A DNA stretch of 64,000 nt, taken from positions 496,001 through 560,000 of the forward strand of contig CBFDEM010000010.1 in the NCBI GenBank assembly GCA_965603825.1, read 5' to 3'. The translations under genes and the position numbers were made by a program. Origin of the DNA: Blepharisma stoltei ATCC 30299 (taxonomy: Eukaryota > Protista > Ciliophora). This document shows positions 13,241 to 25,834 of this stretch, in pieces (position 1 is the first letter of the stretch; each line of letters begins with the position of its first letter). Under the pieces are notes generated by a model. It did no database searches. It was not told the DNA's origin and was given only the letters and a program-made list of their open reading frames with translations.

Positions 13241-14572
13241 ACCTATAAAAAGAAATCCAATGGGTCTATTTACCTCGCAAAAGAAAAAAGAACAATGAAG
13301 TATAAGATAATAGAAGAGTATCACAAATACCAAGAGCATTGAACCACAAAAGTAAGTGAGCAGCTAAAAACTCTGCAAAGTCTTGATCATCCAAATATCG
13401 TCAAAATATTCCAAATTGTTGAAACAAGCTCAAAGGTTTATTTTATAAAAGAATTTTGTTCAGGAGGTGGACTGCTAGAAAAAGTTATAGAAACAAAGCA
13501 AATAAGCGAAAATCAAGCAGCAAAATATATTCGCGATATTTTAGATGTAATAAACTACTGTCATAGCAAAGATATAGCGATTCAAGATTTGAACCCAGGG
13601 CATATTTTACTCGACTCAAAAAATGAAAATGCAAATATAAAGGTTGCTGTTGGAAAGCTAAAAGAAGATAATTTTTTAAAAAAAAGCATTGCTAATGTAA
13701 GCTTAAAGTAGACTTGCTATTTGGCTCCAGAGATGTTTAGGGGAGAATATGGAAACGAAGTTGATATATGAAGCTGCGGAGTGATTTTGTATACTTTAAT
13801 ATTTGGAAGACCTCCATTCCATGGGAAAACTCGTGAAAAAATAATTGAGTCGATAAATAAAGGTCTAAATTTTACAGATGAGACTTGGGATAACGCTTCT
13901 GATGAGCTTAAAGATCTCATCTCAAAAATGCTAGAGAAAAATACAGAAAATAGAATTTCGGCGAGAGATGCTTTAGAGCACCCTTGGATTAAGTCGAGGT
14001 CAGCTAATCTAGTTCCAGATAGAGCTGCTGCTACAGATGTATTATCTCGTTTATCAAAATTTAATGTATTTTTCACTTAGGCAAAATCACAAATCCAGAA
14101 GTCTATATTAAATTTTATATCTTACCATACTACATCAGCTAGAGAAGAAAAAGAGCTGAAAGAAACATTTAAATCGATCGACGAAAATGGTGATGGAAAG
14201 CTTAGCTCTGACGAAATTTATAAAGCCTTTAAAAGCATGCGGCTTGGCTCTAAAGAAGAAACTAATTCTGTAATGATAAAATGTGATAGAGATGGGAACG
14301 GATATATTGAGTATTCTGAATTTATTACTGGGGTTTTACAATGGGACAAAAAAATCCATGAAAAGCAGCTAAGAGAAATTTTTAAAAACTATGATACAAA
14401 TGGAGATGGACTTTTGTCGATCGAAGAACTTAAAGAATGTGTAGTAGGTGTAAAAGGAAAAGAATGGGAAAATTTCTTAGATGATATGAATATAGGAGAA
14501 AAACATTTGATCAGTGTTTCTGAATTGGAGTCTTATTTTCAGTCGAAATTCTTAATAAGTAAAGAGGATTAG
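13241..14572 (+). CDS. Second CDPK-like pseudokinase paralogue lacking the N-terminal MGCC segment (possible start 13295, or 5'-truncated pseudogene)
   Basis: Close similarity to the 10781 gene; same intron positions (13697-13711, 14066-14080). Confidence 0.75.
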
Positions 14573-14904
14573 AGATATTAATGGTTGATTTAATTGTAGC
14601 TTTTAAAAATTAAAATTTTTATTTATTAATTGCATTTATGTAAAATGCATCAGCTGGTTTAATGATTTTATCATATCATTTTGTTAATCGCTCATTAAGC
14701 TTATATTGCTCTTTATTACTTATACCTAAACTTAAATTTAATTTTTATCTTAATAATCCTATTTATTAGATCCTTCTATAATTATTTTTAGCTTTAAAAT
14801 TTTTAAATTTTTTTAGATGCATTAAATATAATTATATTTTTCAGTACAAAAAATTATTCAACATGGCTTAATTCATAAAACAGATAATCTAATAATTATA
14901 AAAA

Positions 14905-15258
14905 ATGGCTTACACATGTCCATATACAGAATGCAAGAAGCGCTTAAGCTCAAAATATAACCTAAAAAGACACATAGAATGCTGTCATAGGAAAATTAGA
15001 AAATTTGAGTGCGATATCTGCTATAAAAAATTTTCATCTGCACAAAACTTAAAAGAGCATTTGTTCTTACATGAAAATTCCAATCTAAAACCACTAGAAA
15101 AGCCTAAAAATTTTGTCCCTGAGAGAGATATTAATATCCCAATGCTCACTGATATGATTTTTTGGTCTTACGATCCAGATTTAAGGCCAATGATGAAGGT
15201 GCTGCGTTTGTATCCTTATCCGCCTTTAGCGACGGAAGTGACAAATTATGAAAAGTAG
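14905..15258 (+). CDS. Two-finger C2H2 zinc finger protein
   Basis: CPYTECKKRLSSKYNLKRHIECCH; CDICYKKFSSAQNLKEHLFLH. Confidence 0.9.
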   Translation: MAYTCPYTECKKRLSSKYNLKRHIECCHRKIRKFECDICYKKFSSAQNLKEHLFLHENSNLKPLEKPKNFVPERDINIPMLTDMIFWSYDPDLRPMMKVLRLYPYPPLATEVTNYEK

Positions 15259-16032
15259 AAAACGTAATTTAATATTTTTGCAATAAATTACCTATTATGA
15301 TGCAATTTCTTGTGTTTTGGCACATTTTGAATTTATTTTAATTATAAAGTTCATTTTACAGAAATAATTCAATTTAATTTTAAAATGGCGAATTGGCATT
15401 TTAACCTTTATATAAAAATTTAATTAATTTATGACAATTAATTAGTGAAAAAGTCAACATATAAAATTCTTTGATATTGAAATTTGTATTAAGTGACTTA
15501 TTTAAAGTACTTATTTGGATATAAAATCATTATGATAATGAACTGAAAGAAATTAAAATATAAATCTAAAGAGCAAAACAAGAAAAATAAGTGTTCTATG
15601 CATAAGCTATTACACTCTCTATAAATCATTTAATTTATTATAATTTTTAAAGCCCTATGTAATTAATAAAAGCAGGAAATGGAAGCCTGGGCTCTTTTAA
15701 AACTAGAAGTATTGGATATACTTCCAATTTTCAATTACTCGATCATGGATAAACAATCTGGTATTAAAAGTATATATTTAATTGCTGTTTTATAATATGA
15801 TCTATTCTTATTGATAAAATAATTCAATATTTATTCATTGTAATTAAAAAATTCAATTCTTCTCTGTTAAAAACAACTTTTTAAAAAATAAAAATTTATT
15901 TTCATATTGAAATTCGTCTAATTTTTTAGATTCTCCATCTTAGAATTTATTAAGTAATGACTGTATTTACTAACCCATTTAAAGCAAGTTTCCACAAGGA
16001 AATTAAATTTTATGCATTTTATAATAAAATTG

Positions 16033-17421
16033 ATGGAAAAAACCCGAAACCTACTTATTTTTTTAATTTATTCAGCCTTTGCTTTTGATGATGTTCTTAG
16101 TGTAGGACAGAGCGACTGCATCTCACAAGAAAGTTTATGACGTATTTTCAAATTAAATACTTCAAATATCAAGCAACGATATATAAGGATTGATTTAATA
16201 CTAACCGAATTTGGGTTCAAAACTATGCCTATACTAGCCCTCCGTTTCAATAATTATCCACTGTTTTTGGATCAAAATGACGCTTCTAGTTTGATTTCCA
16301 ATTACGCCGATTTATATTCATATGAAAATCAGCTGAAAGAGCATTCACTAATTTTCGATTACAAAAGTTTACCTCAGAACTCAATTTATTATTTAGGAAT
16401 TGCAAACCCTAATTACGAAAACAGTAAAATATCATATATATTAGAGTTTAGTCAATATGATGACTATATTTGTGCATCAGATTGCTCAAATAATGGCTAT
16501 TGCTCTAAGCTAGATTCATGCAGCTGTGGCTCTTGCTATATAGGGAAAAATTGTGGGATTCACGCTTCCAAGCTTACTTTTAAAAACCCCACACAAATGG
16601 AAGTAAAAAACAACGAAATCGGCTATTTTGAAGCAATTTTAACCTCCAAAAATTTCTCATCTGATAATTGGAAATTTTATATTAACTGCGAATGGTCTGG
16701 GGAAATTGGAATACTTTATGTAGGGAACCCTGGAAATAGGTAAGCTATAAATAGTGTTGACGAACTTCCCAATAGTGATGATTATTTTTCTCGATTAAAT
16801 TTAGGCAATTTTTCTCGATCAGGATCCATAATGGTCGATACCTCAAATTTCAGCCAAAAAATCGTTTTAGTATCAGTTTGAAACACTTTAGTAAATTCAA
16901 ATAATAGCTTATTGGTGACTTGCCAATTATCTAAGCCAAGTTCTTCGTCAGATTCCTACACAATAATCACTATTATATGGATTTCTATCATTTGTATTGT
17001 CCTTTCATTAGTCATTGCAATTCTTATTTTCTTTCTGTTTAGACATCAAGCCAGGGTCCAAGTCTACGATTCTAATGCTTTTAGGGTGTCTGGAATAAAT
17101 CAAGAATCAATAGAAAAGATGTACCCAAGTAAGCCTATAAAAAATGTGGCTTCTCATTTGGGTAATATTTGTGTGATTTGTATGGAAGACTTTAAGGGAG
17201 ATTCTAATGTAAGAAAATTGAACTGTGGTCATATTTTTCATGTCGAATGTATTGATGAATGATTTAAACATCATAAAGCTTGCCCTATGTGTAAAAGAGA
17301 TTGCGAAGTGCCTGACATAGTAGTAAAAGAACTTATTTTCGATGAATTAGGAGAAGGAACAAGAATGGTGTCATCAGATAGAGGAGGTGAAGCGGAATTT
17401 TTGGAAATTCGGGTTACTTAG
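16033..17421 (+). CDS. Signal peptide-EGF-like-TM-RING-H2 E3 ubiquitin ligase (~457 aa)
   Basis: N-terminal hydrophobic leader; EGF-like CSNNGYC...CYIGKNC; intron 16740-16754; TM; CVICMEDF...LNCGHIFHVECIDEW(TGA)F...CPMC. Confidence 0.9.
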
Positions 17422-17871
17422 TGAGTATTTTTGTAAGTAAATTTGTTTAATTATATGAATAAGTATTGATTGGGATTGTCCGCTATATATTGCTACTAGA
17501 ATATATAATTTAGACTAGAAATAAGAATTTGATAAGCTAAAAAGTGAATGATTTTTATAAATTTAAATAAGTGATATAGGTATCACAAATAATAAGAGCT
17601 AATACTTAAATTAACAAAGACAAGCATATCAGAATCAGTTAGCTAGTATTTTATTTTGCTTTAAAATATTACAGATATGCCTATAAATTATTTAGCTTTC
17701 GAATTTTACTTTTCATCTTTTTTAAATGAAAATAATTCAAATTCATTAAAAATAGTTCGCAAAATCAGCTCGCACGGCTATATCTATTTTAATGAAAATA
17801 TAATAATTTCACGCATCTAATTTATTGAGCTTTTTTCATCTTCAAATTTTAAATTTAAATTAATAGATTGA

Positions 17872-18100
17872 GCAATTCAACCATTTATTTTCAATGATCC
17901 AAAATCATTATATTAAAAGGCATCTTATTATTTTTCTTTCTATGATGCTTATCTTTCAGCCTATACTTTCTCAACATTGATCAATCTCTTGAAGTCTTTC
18001 AAAATAATTTATAAAATTATATAAAACAGTTCACAGGAAATTCAAGATCAATATATTCTATTAGTCTTCTCAACCGATATGGGCCAAAGTGAATCAATTT
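17872..18100 (+). pseudogene. Degenerate 5' duplicate of the RING ligase gene at 18581
   Basis: Shares caattca-ccatttatttt...aaaggcatcttattatttttctttcta...ttgatcaatctcttgaagtc with 18543-18670; ATG lost. Confidence 0.65.
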
Positions 18101-18580
18101 TATCCAGATCATGTTTCTGAATCTTCAAAATCTCAATAAAACTCCATGAACTCTGAAGTAACTCAACGAATTCGGACGCAATGCTACTCAATATCATTTC
18201 TTGAAGCTCCGCACTTCCCTCTCTTTGCTACTTTTGGGGCAAAGTCCCTAAAATGATTTTAAAGCAGTATATAAAAGACCCAAAATCTCTATAGCACGCA
18301 GATAAATTTAGAATAAACTTAACAACTTAGACTATATTACAAATTTTAATAAATTAGGTTTTTATAAAAATGGCTTTTCAAGAAAAAGCTGAGAAATTAT
18401 TTATTAGTTAGCATAGGATATAGACTTGATACAAATAATCAATAGAAATTTTTTCAATAAAAGCTAAATAATCTTATATCATGCCTTTAGTTTCGTATGA
18501 TTTCCAGATTTTAGATTACTCAATACTAAAATAGCCGACTCAACAATTCACCATTTATTTTTCAATAACCAATATAATTA

Positions 18581-19987
18581 ATGCTAAAAGGCATCTTATT
18601 ATTTTTCTTTCTATATCATTTTTCCTTCTCCCTATACTCTCTCAGCATTGATCAATCTCTTGAAGTCTCTCAAGATACTTTATGAAACTATGTAGAGCTA
18701 AACACCACAAATATTCAAAAGCAATACATTTCTATTAATCTTCTTATAAAGCGCAGGCAATTTCAATCTTTTCCTCTGCTAACTTTAAATTTCGACCATT
18801 TTCCTGAATTTTCGAATGAGAATATTTCTAGTGTAAATTCAAATTACAGTGATTTTTATTCTTATGAAAACCAGATATCACAGCATTCAATTATTTTAAA
18901 GGCAGAATCATTAATGTATGGCCAAAATGCTTATGTAGGAGTTGCTTACCCTAACAATCAAAATGGATTAATTAAGTATAAATTGACATTTACACAATCA
19001 GATGATTATATATGCAGCTCCGATTGCTCAGGCTTTGGGAAATGTGGAGACCTGGACTCGTGTTTATGTCAAGAAAATTATGCTTCTAGGAACTGCGGAA
19101 TACGTCCTTCATTACTGTATTTGAATAAAGGCACTGCAATGCAAGTAGACAATGACAAAATTGGATATTTTGAAGCTGATTTAAATGATTGTATTATTAA
19201 TTTAGGAAAAGAAAATACAATCACTATTAACTGTACATACATTGGAGAAAGAGGCATGATTTATATAGGAAAACCCACAAATAAGTAACAAATAAGCAGC
19301 ATATATGATCTTCCTAATAGTCAAAATTATGTATCTTGAATTTCCTTAAATAGTACTTCATCAGCAAATATTTTATCTTTTGATATTGATATATCTGATC
19401 AAAGGCTATTATTTTTGGCAGTCTTTAATAATTTAGTTGACTCAGGTAGAAGGATATCAATTGTCTGCCAATTATCAAAAAAATCTTCAAATTCGGAATC
19501 ATCTTCAATTTCGACTGTAGTCATAATAACGATTATATGCTCGATTGTATCAGTTTCTCTTGCTATTACAATTTTATGTATAAACAGAAGGCTTTCAAGG
19601 ACTCAAGTAGCTAATGAAACTCAGTTTGCTGTATCTGGGATTAATATAACAACTGTACAGCATTCATATCCAGCGAAACATTTAAAGGACTTAAAAAATA
19701 AGTCGGAAGATATAAAATTATGCGTCATTTGTATGGAAGACATGACACCAATGACAGAGGTAAGAAAAATGATGTGTGGGCATATTTTTCATGCTACGTG
19801 CATAGACGAGTGATTTGGACATCATAAATATTGCTGTATTTGCAAAAGAAACTGTGAGTCGCCTGATTTGATGATGTATGGAGGATGCAATCATGAAATG
19901 GGTGAGGATGCAAGATTTATTAGTGAACATAATAGTATTGAGCCTGGGTCTCGTGAAATAAATTCTAATGCGTGGAGTGCTAGCTAA
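18581..19987 (+). CDS. Signal peptide-EGF-like-TM-RING-H2 E3 ligase, tandem paralogue
   Basis: MLKGILLFFFLYHFSFS leader; EGF-like; intron 19285-19299 (GT-CAG); TM; CVICMEDM...CGHIFHATCIDEW(TGA)F...CCIC. Confidence 0.88.
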
Positions 19988-20185
19988 ATTCAAACAAATT
20001 TATAAATAATTTATATAAGATATAGTTAGATTTAAATCAAATTTAACAAAAATATACCTATCAAAGTTAAAGGGAGCCAATAAGTCTGTTAAGTAAACTG
20101 TCAAAATAAAATGCCAGAGCATTTTTTGCATTAAAATTTGTTAAATTTAGATATTTCTAGTGCTCTAATATTCCCTAAATACCAA

Positions 20186-21457
20186 TTATGAATAAGCAAG
20201 GACTTTCGAAACGATTTTTCTTGTAAAATCAAATGAATAAATTCCATCATTATTTACAAAATAACTCTTTTCTTCATAATTAATCGTATAACTTGTCATA
20301 ATTTCACTTAAAATAGAATATCTACCAACATTATTTCATGTAATTAAATTATCATTGCTTTCAAATATATAAGTTGGTAATTGAAAGAAAAAAACAGTCT
20401 CATTTTTCACTAAAAATAATTTAGGTGATGGATAAACATATAGTGACAAAATTTCTGAGTACGAATCTAAAATTGTATCATAATAAAAAAAATTTCCTGA
20501 ATTAGAAGCGGCTAGTAAGATATATTGTTTAAATAATGCACAAATAGCATAATTTGCATCAGAAAATTGTGCAGGTTTAAATGATACTCATCTGCTGTCA
20601 TTAATGTTGTATTTTTCTGAATTATTATGAACTCCACCAAATAAATAAATCCATCCATCTGTATAAACTGAGCATGCATTTAAGCTAGGTTTATATTGAG
20701 ATATATAATGAGACCCACCAATTTGGTCAATGACAATAGAAATATCACCGTTATAATAAAATAAACTCCCATTAGGAAGAATACATTTTGCTCCGTACTG
20801 GTCAAGTTTATGATTATTTTTCGTTATAATGTTTATTTTAGAAACTTTGCCATTTTCTGGATTAAAAACTCCTAAAGTATTGGCAGAGCTACAAAGTATA
20901 AATTTCATGCAGTTTGAATTTACCTTAAGGTATTCATAATAGTCAATATTTTGATCTGGTAAAACGAATTCATACATTTGACAAAGGTTATCTGTTTTGA
21001 GCCTATTTATATACAGCTTTGGTGATTGAATTTTTTTTATTTTTGAAATATTGATAAAAGGCAAATTTAGCAAATGCTCAACAAAAGTTAAAGGCTTTGA
21101 GTTATCAATTTCTTTTAAACAAGATATTTGCAATAGTGCTTGGTTTAATTTTTTATCATAATTTTTTAAATCTAATAAAGCTTTTTGAGCAGTTTTATTA
21201 AGTTGTTTGATTAGAAAGAGATCTTCACAGATAATTTTTGCTTGAATTGATTTTATTTCTGATTTTATAGAAGAAAATAATTGGAAAACTTTTTTTCTTG
21301 TATTTTCTTCAATTTTTGAAAACATTTTCGAATGTTTGCTGTCTATTTCAAGTTTATTGGGGCATTCTATATTGTCTTTGCAAGTTAACTCTGGATTTTT
21401 TTCAAAATAGCAAGCACTGTCTGAGCTTGAAGAGCATCCTCTCATATAATTTTCCAT
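20186..21457 (-). CDS. Coiled-coil plus Kelch-like beta-propeller protein with degenerate N-terminal Cys motif (~423 aa, intact)
   Basis: Open frame with TGA=W; CILPNGSLFYY, SVYTDGWIYLFGG, EKYNINDSRW. Confidence 0.82.
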
Positions 21458-21663
21458 AGTTTATTATTACTTATTGCTAATTTTCTTCCTAGGCAGTACT
21501 TCAGAATCAATATGCCAAAATAATTTTAATATAAAATTACTAAGATTTATTAGTTAATAATCCCTAGCTATATATAAAATTAATTTTAATAGTGCACTGT
21601 CGCCTACTGCAATATTGCATTCTAAAAAACTTTCCATAATCTATTTATTAAATAAATTTCACA

Positions 21664-22212
21664 ATGGGTGCTAAAATTTCAAGTCTTTTTAGCAGATTTT
21701 CTAAACGTAAAAATCTACGTATACTAATGATAGGACTTGAGGGTGCAGGAAAAACAACTATTCTTTATCAAATGAAACTTCATGAGCATATGGAATCAAT
21801 TCCTACAATTGGCTTTAATGTAGAAACATTTTATTATAAAAACATAGCAATTACATGCTGAGATATTTCTGGAGGAGAAAGAATAAGACCTCTATGACAT
21901 CATTATTTTGAAAATACTGATGGTGTAATTTTTGTTGTGGATTCTAATGATAGGCAGAGAATTGAAGAGGCTAAAGAAGAGCTCCATAGAGCATCGAATG
22001 ATACTAATCTTGAAAATGTTTCATTTCTTATACTTAGCAATAAAAATGATTTACCAAATGCGATGAGCAATTCTGAATTAATTGATAAGCTAGACCTTTA
22101 TATGATTCGAGGGAAAAATTGATACATTCAAAATTCATGTGCCTTAACTGGAGAAGGGCTTTGTGAGGGATTTAATTGGCTTTCAGATGAAATTTTGAGC
22201 CAAATTTATTAA
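21664..22212 (+). CDS. ARF: Divergent ARF GTPase (182 aa)
   Basis: MG N-terminus, [18 protein letters not shown](TGA)DISGGE, IRPLW(TGA), NKND, SCA. Confidence 0.92.
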
Positions 22213-22316
22213 TTTAGGAAATTAATTAAAATCTGATAATCTAGTTCTTAGTATAGATTCGATAAAACTTAATGAATTGAAAATTTGGGTAACCATTGAG
22301 TCAATTTTTCTCTAAG
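22122..22316 (+). repeat. ~195 bp direct repeat, copy 1 (ARF 3' end and UTR)
   Basis: Near-identical to 24485-24677. Confidence 0.9.
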
Positions 22317-22517
22317 TTTTTATTTCCAATTTTGCTCTTGACTCTGTTTATCACAATTGACTTATTCACTTAATTTAATGCCAGCAATTTAAAAATATTT
22401 ACGGATATTTTGCACCCAAGCTTTAGCTCTATAATATAAATAGATTGATTAATAAAAGAGTTAAGAGCTAAAAGCTAAAGATTTTTATTTAATAATGCTA
22501 TTTATTAGCAAATTATT

Positions 22518-24277
22518 TTAATCCAGCTTGAGTTAATATTTTTGCCTCTAAATTAAACTTGAAGTAACGAGTAATATCTGTATCAAAGATGTGCAATGTT
22601 TATTCCTCCTTTATTATATGACAAATAAACTTGATCAAAATCATTTATTATTGAGTCTCCAATTCGTCTCCAGGCAGTGTCATTTGACAATTCGCTTTCA
22701 TAGATTGATCCATTTTACATTCAATTAAATACAGTCTCTCTGCACTTATAAGAATCTTGCTGTTATCAGCTTGAAAATCATAAGGAATTGTTGCGAAAGT
22801 GTTGCTACCAATTGAATACCTCAAAAGATTTTTATTTTACATCCAGAAATCACAATATTCCCGTTAAATATTACACTAGTGCAACGCTAATCAGCTTGTG
22901 GCAGTGGCTTCTAATTTAATTCATCGGTTTTCATTTAAATCAAATCTCTCTGATAGAGTTAAAGTCTCATTCTATCTCTTCCTCCAAAGCAATAAACACT
23001 ATTATTGAAATAGATAGCTGATGAACTATAGCAAGGAGTTCCAGATGGCAGCTCCCGAACTCTATAATTCTCATCAATTATCAATGAAATCCAGAAACTG
23101 GGTTTCTATTACCAAAGCAAAATAAATTACCATTAGGAAGCTGAGCAATGCAAGTGCCGCAATCCAGTGGTAGAGGAGTCTCTACTATCCTGACTTCTTT
23201 ACTATCATTTTCTGTATCATAAATAATCAAATTAGTTCTGTTGTTATCTCTTATAATTGTATAAAGAGATGCTTTTTGGCGATAAGCATTAGTATAATCT
23301 TGATAAGCTTGCTGGAGAGTTGGATCATCAAGATAGATATCTCTTCTGTGACTTGAGCAGGTTCTCCTAAAGTCTTGCTCTAATTCTGGGTCATTTGGTC
23401 TATTTAAAATTTCAGATCTCTTCTCTCTTAGCTCTCTTGAGACTTTTGGGCTTTTTCTGATTTCATTGATTTTGCTGAGATCTTGATTTATGTTAATTAT
23501 TTGAGAATTAAGCAGATCTATTTCGTTTTTTGATTTAAGCATTATTTCTTCTTTCCAGTCTTTGAGGTCTCTCTCGCTTTTTTTATTCTCATTTATCAGC
23601 TTGGAAATAGAGTCATTGATGTTTGCTAGCTGATCATCCGTTGAATCAATGATATTTTTATGCTCTTCATTGGCTGATTTAATGTGCTCTTGAAGACTGT
23701 TTTCTATATTAGACAGTCTTTTATCTAAATAAGCTTCAAATTTATCCCCAATAAAACACTCAATCATTTTTTCAATTTTTTCACTGAGCACACAAAATAA
23801 TTTTGCACTTTTGGACGATTCTTGATTGGCTGGAATAATCCGCTTTAGTTTATCAATAGCTTCATCAGGCTGTAAAGTCAATAGTCCTAAAATCGGGTCT
23901 TGCTCTGATTTTGATAATTTTTGAGCTTGAGAAATTTTTGTAAAATAATTGCTTATTTCAACTGAGCTTGAATCCAGATTTTTTAAGAGTTCCATCATGT
24001 CACTTTCTGATTCAAGTAAGCGCTTGCTAAAGGATGCTAAGATCTTTCCTCTTAGCTTACTATTTTTTGAGTTTTCACTTGTAAGAAACTTAAGAATTTC
24101 TTCTTTTGTCTCTTTACATGACTCTACAAAAATGGAGTTGCGATTATGAGCTCTATTAGGGATTTTCATATGCTTACCAACATGCACTTCACAAGATAGA
24201 CTTTCAGGAGAGGTGCATGGGCATGAGTATTCAACCTCATTCTTGCACCCTGGCTCGAAACAATGCATAAGCTCCAT
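22518..24277 (-). pseudogene. MELMH-family Zn(B-box-like)-coiled-coil-Kelch-like propeller gene, copy 1; frameshifted in the propeller
   Basis: C-x4-C-x7-C-x-C-x7-C-x2-H-x3-H-x7-H; coiled coil; CIAQLPNGNLFCFG, YFNNSVYCFGG, SERFDLNENRW. Confidence 0.8.
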
Positions 24278-24484
24278 TAATTATTATAATGCAAGCTAAA
24301 TTTTATAAATATCTGCTATATAGTTAATAACACAAGAGCATTAGATGAGTTTTTTGAGCCTCTTAATAAGGCAGTGAAGATATTGATTTTTCTTTCAAGT
24401 TAAACTGACAGCGTCTAATGTGACTACCATTATAAAGGGCTGCAATATTCTCTTCTTTTTCTTATAACAGAGCTTAAAGTTTTA

Positions 24485-24677
24485 ATACATTCAAAATGCA
24501 TGTGCCTTAACTGGAGAAGGGCTTTGTAAAGGATTTAATTGACTTTCAGATGAAATTTTGAGCCAAATTTATTAATTTAGGAATTAATTAAAATCTGATA
24601 ATCTAGTTCTTAGTATAGATTCGATAAAACTTAATGAATTGGAAATTTGGGTAACCATTGAGTCATTTTTGTCTAAG
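24485..24677 (+). repeat. ~195 bp direct repeat, copy 2
   Basis: Near-identical to 22122-22316, including a TGG/TGA interchange at the ARF Trp codon. Confidence 0.9.
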
Positions 24678-24921
24678 ATTTTAGCATTATAGTCTATTCT
24701 GTGTAAGTCTTATATATGCTGAATTAGGATGAAATCTTCATTGATAATGCGCAATGTATTGGAGATAAAATAGCTGGAAAGCAAGCTCTCTAGAATTTTT
24801 GAAGGAAATTTCAAAAACAGTTATCCTATTTTTAAGGAAGAGAAAAATCAGGCCACTATGAAGGATTATAACAGTAATATGACATATAATAGAAAATTAT
24901 CTTAAAGGTATAATATTCATT

Positions 24922-25470
24922 ATGGGAACTTCAGCGTCCTGTCTTTGGAGCAGAAACACTGGGCATAAAGAAACATGTATAATTATGATTGGGCTTGATG
25001 GCGCAGGGAAAACAACGATTCTTTATCAAATCAAGCTTGGAGAAACTTCAACATATATCCCAACAATTGGATTCAATGTTGAAAGTATCAACTATAAAAA
25101 TATACAATTTTTAGTGTGAGATATTGGAGGACAAGAGAGAATCAGAGTTTTTTGGCCTAATTATTATGAAACCACTGATGCTGTCATTTTTGTTGTAGAT
25201 TCGAGTGACATAGAAAGAATTGAAGAAGCTAAATACGAACTCCACAAAGCAGCGAATAATAGTATCCTTAGAAATGCAGCATTCCTCATTCTTAGCAACA
25301 AAAATGATTTGCCCGGGGCATTAGGAGTCTCAGAGTTAATTGATAAGTTAGATCTATATCTGATTAGAGGCAGAAATTGGTATATTCAAAGTACTTGTGC
25401 AACGACTGGAGATGGGCTTTATGAAGGGTTAGAATGGCTTTGAAATGCAGTTCTTAGTAGAAGGGCATAA
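24922..25470 (+). CDS. ARF: ARF GTPase (182 aa)
   Basis: [18 protein letters not shown](TGA)[29 protein letters not shown]. Confidence 0.93.
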
Positions 25471-25834
25471 GAATAAAATTGTATCTCTGTGAAAATACCT
25501 TAATTTTCTAATATGCAATGCTTAAAGCAGATTTTTAAATAAAATTTTTAACCTATTAAATAATACTTAAATATGCCTGATAATATATTTTATTTCTTTC
25601 TAATTAAATATTCACAGATAGCAGCAAAAATAATAATTAGTTAGAAAATTTGCCAAATTATAAAAATTAAAAGTATTAAACTGAACTATACAAGTTTTAT
25701 AAACCCATTGGCAAATAATTTTAGAATTATTAATTATCTTCTATAAAATTATTAATTATATCAAATTTATATGTTAAATTTTTTTTTGTACTTAATTTTC
25801 CTAAAGGTAGCATCATTATAATGGTTTTGACGAC

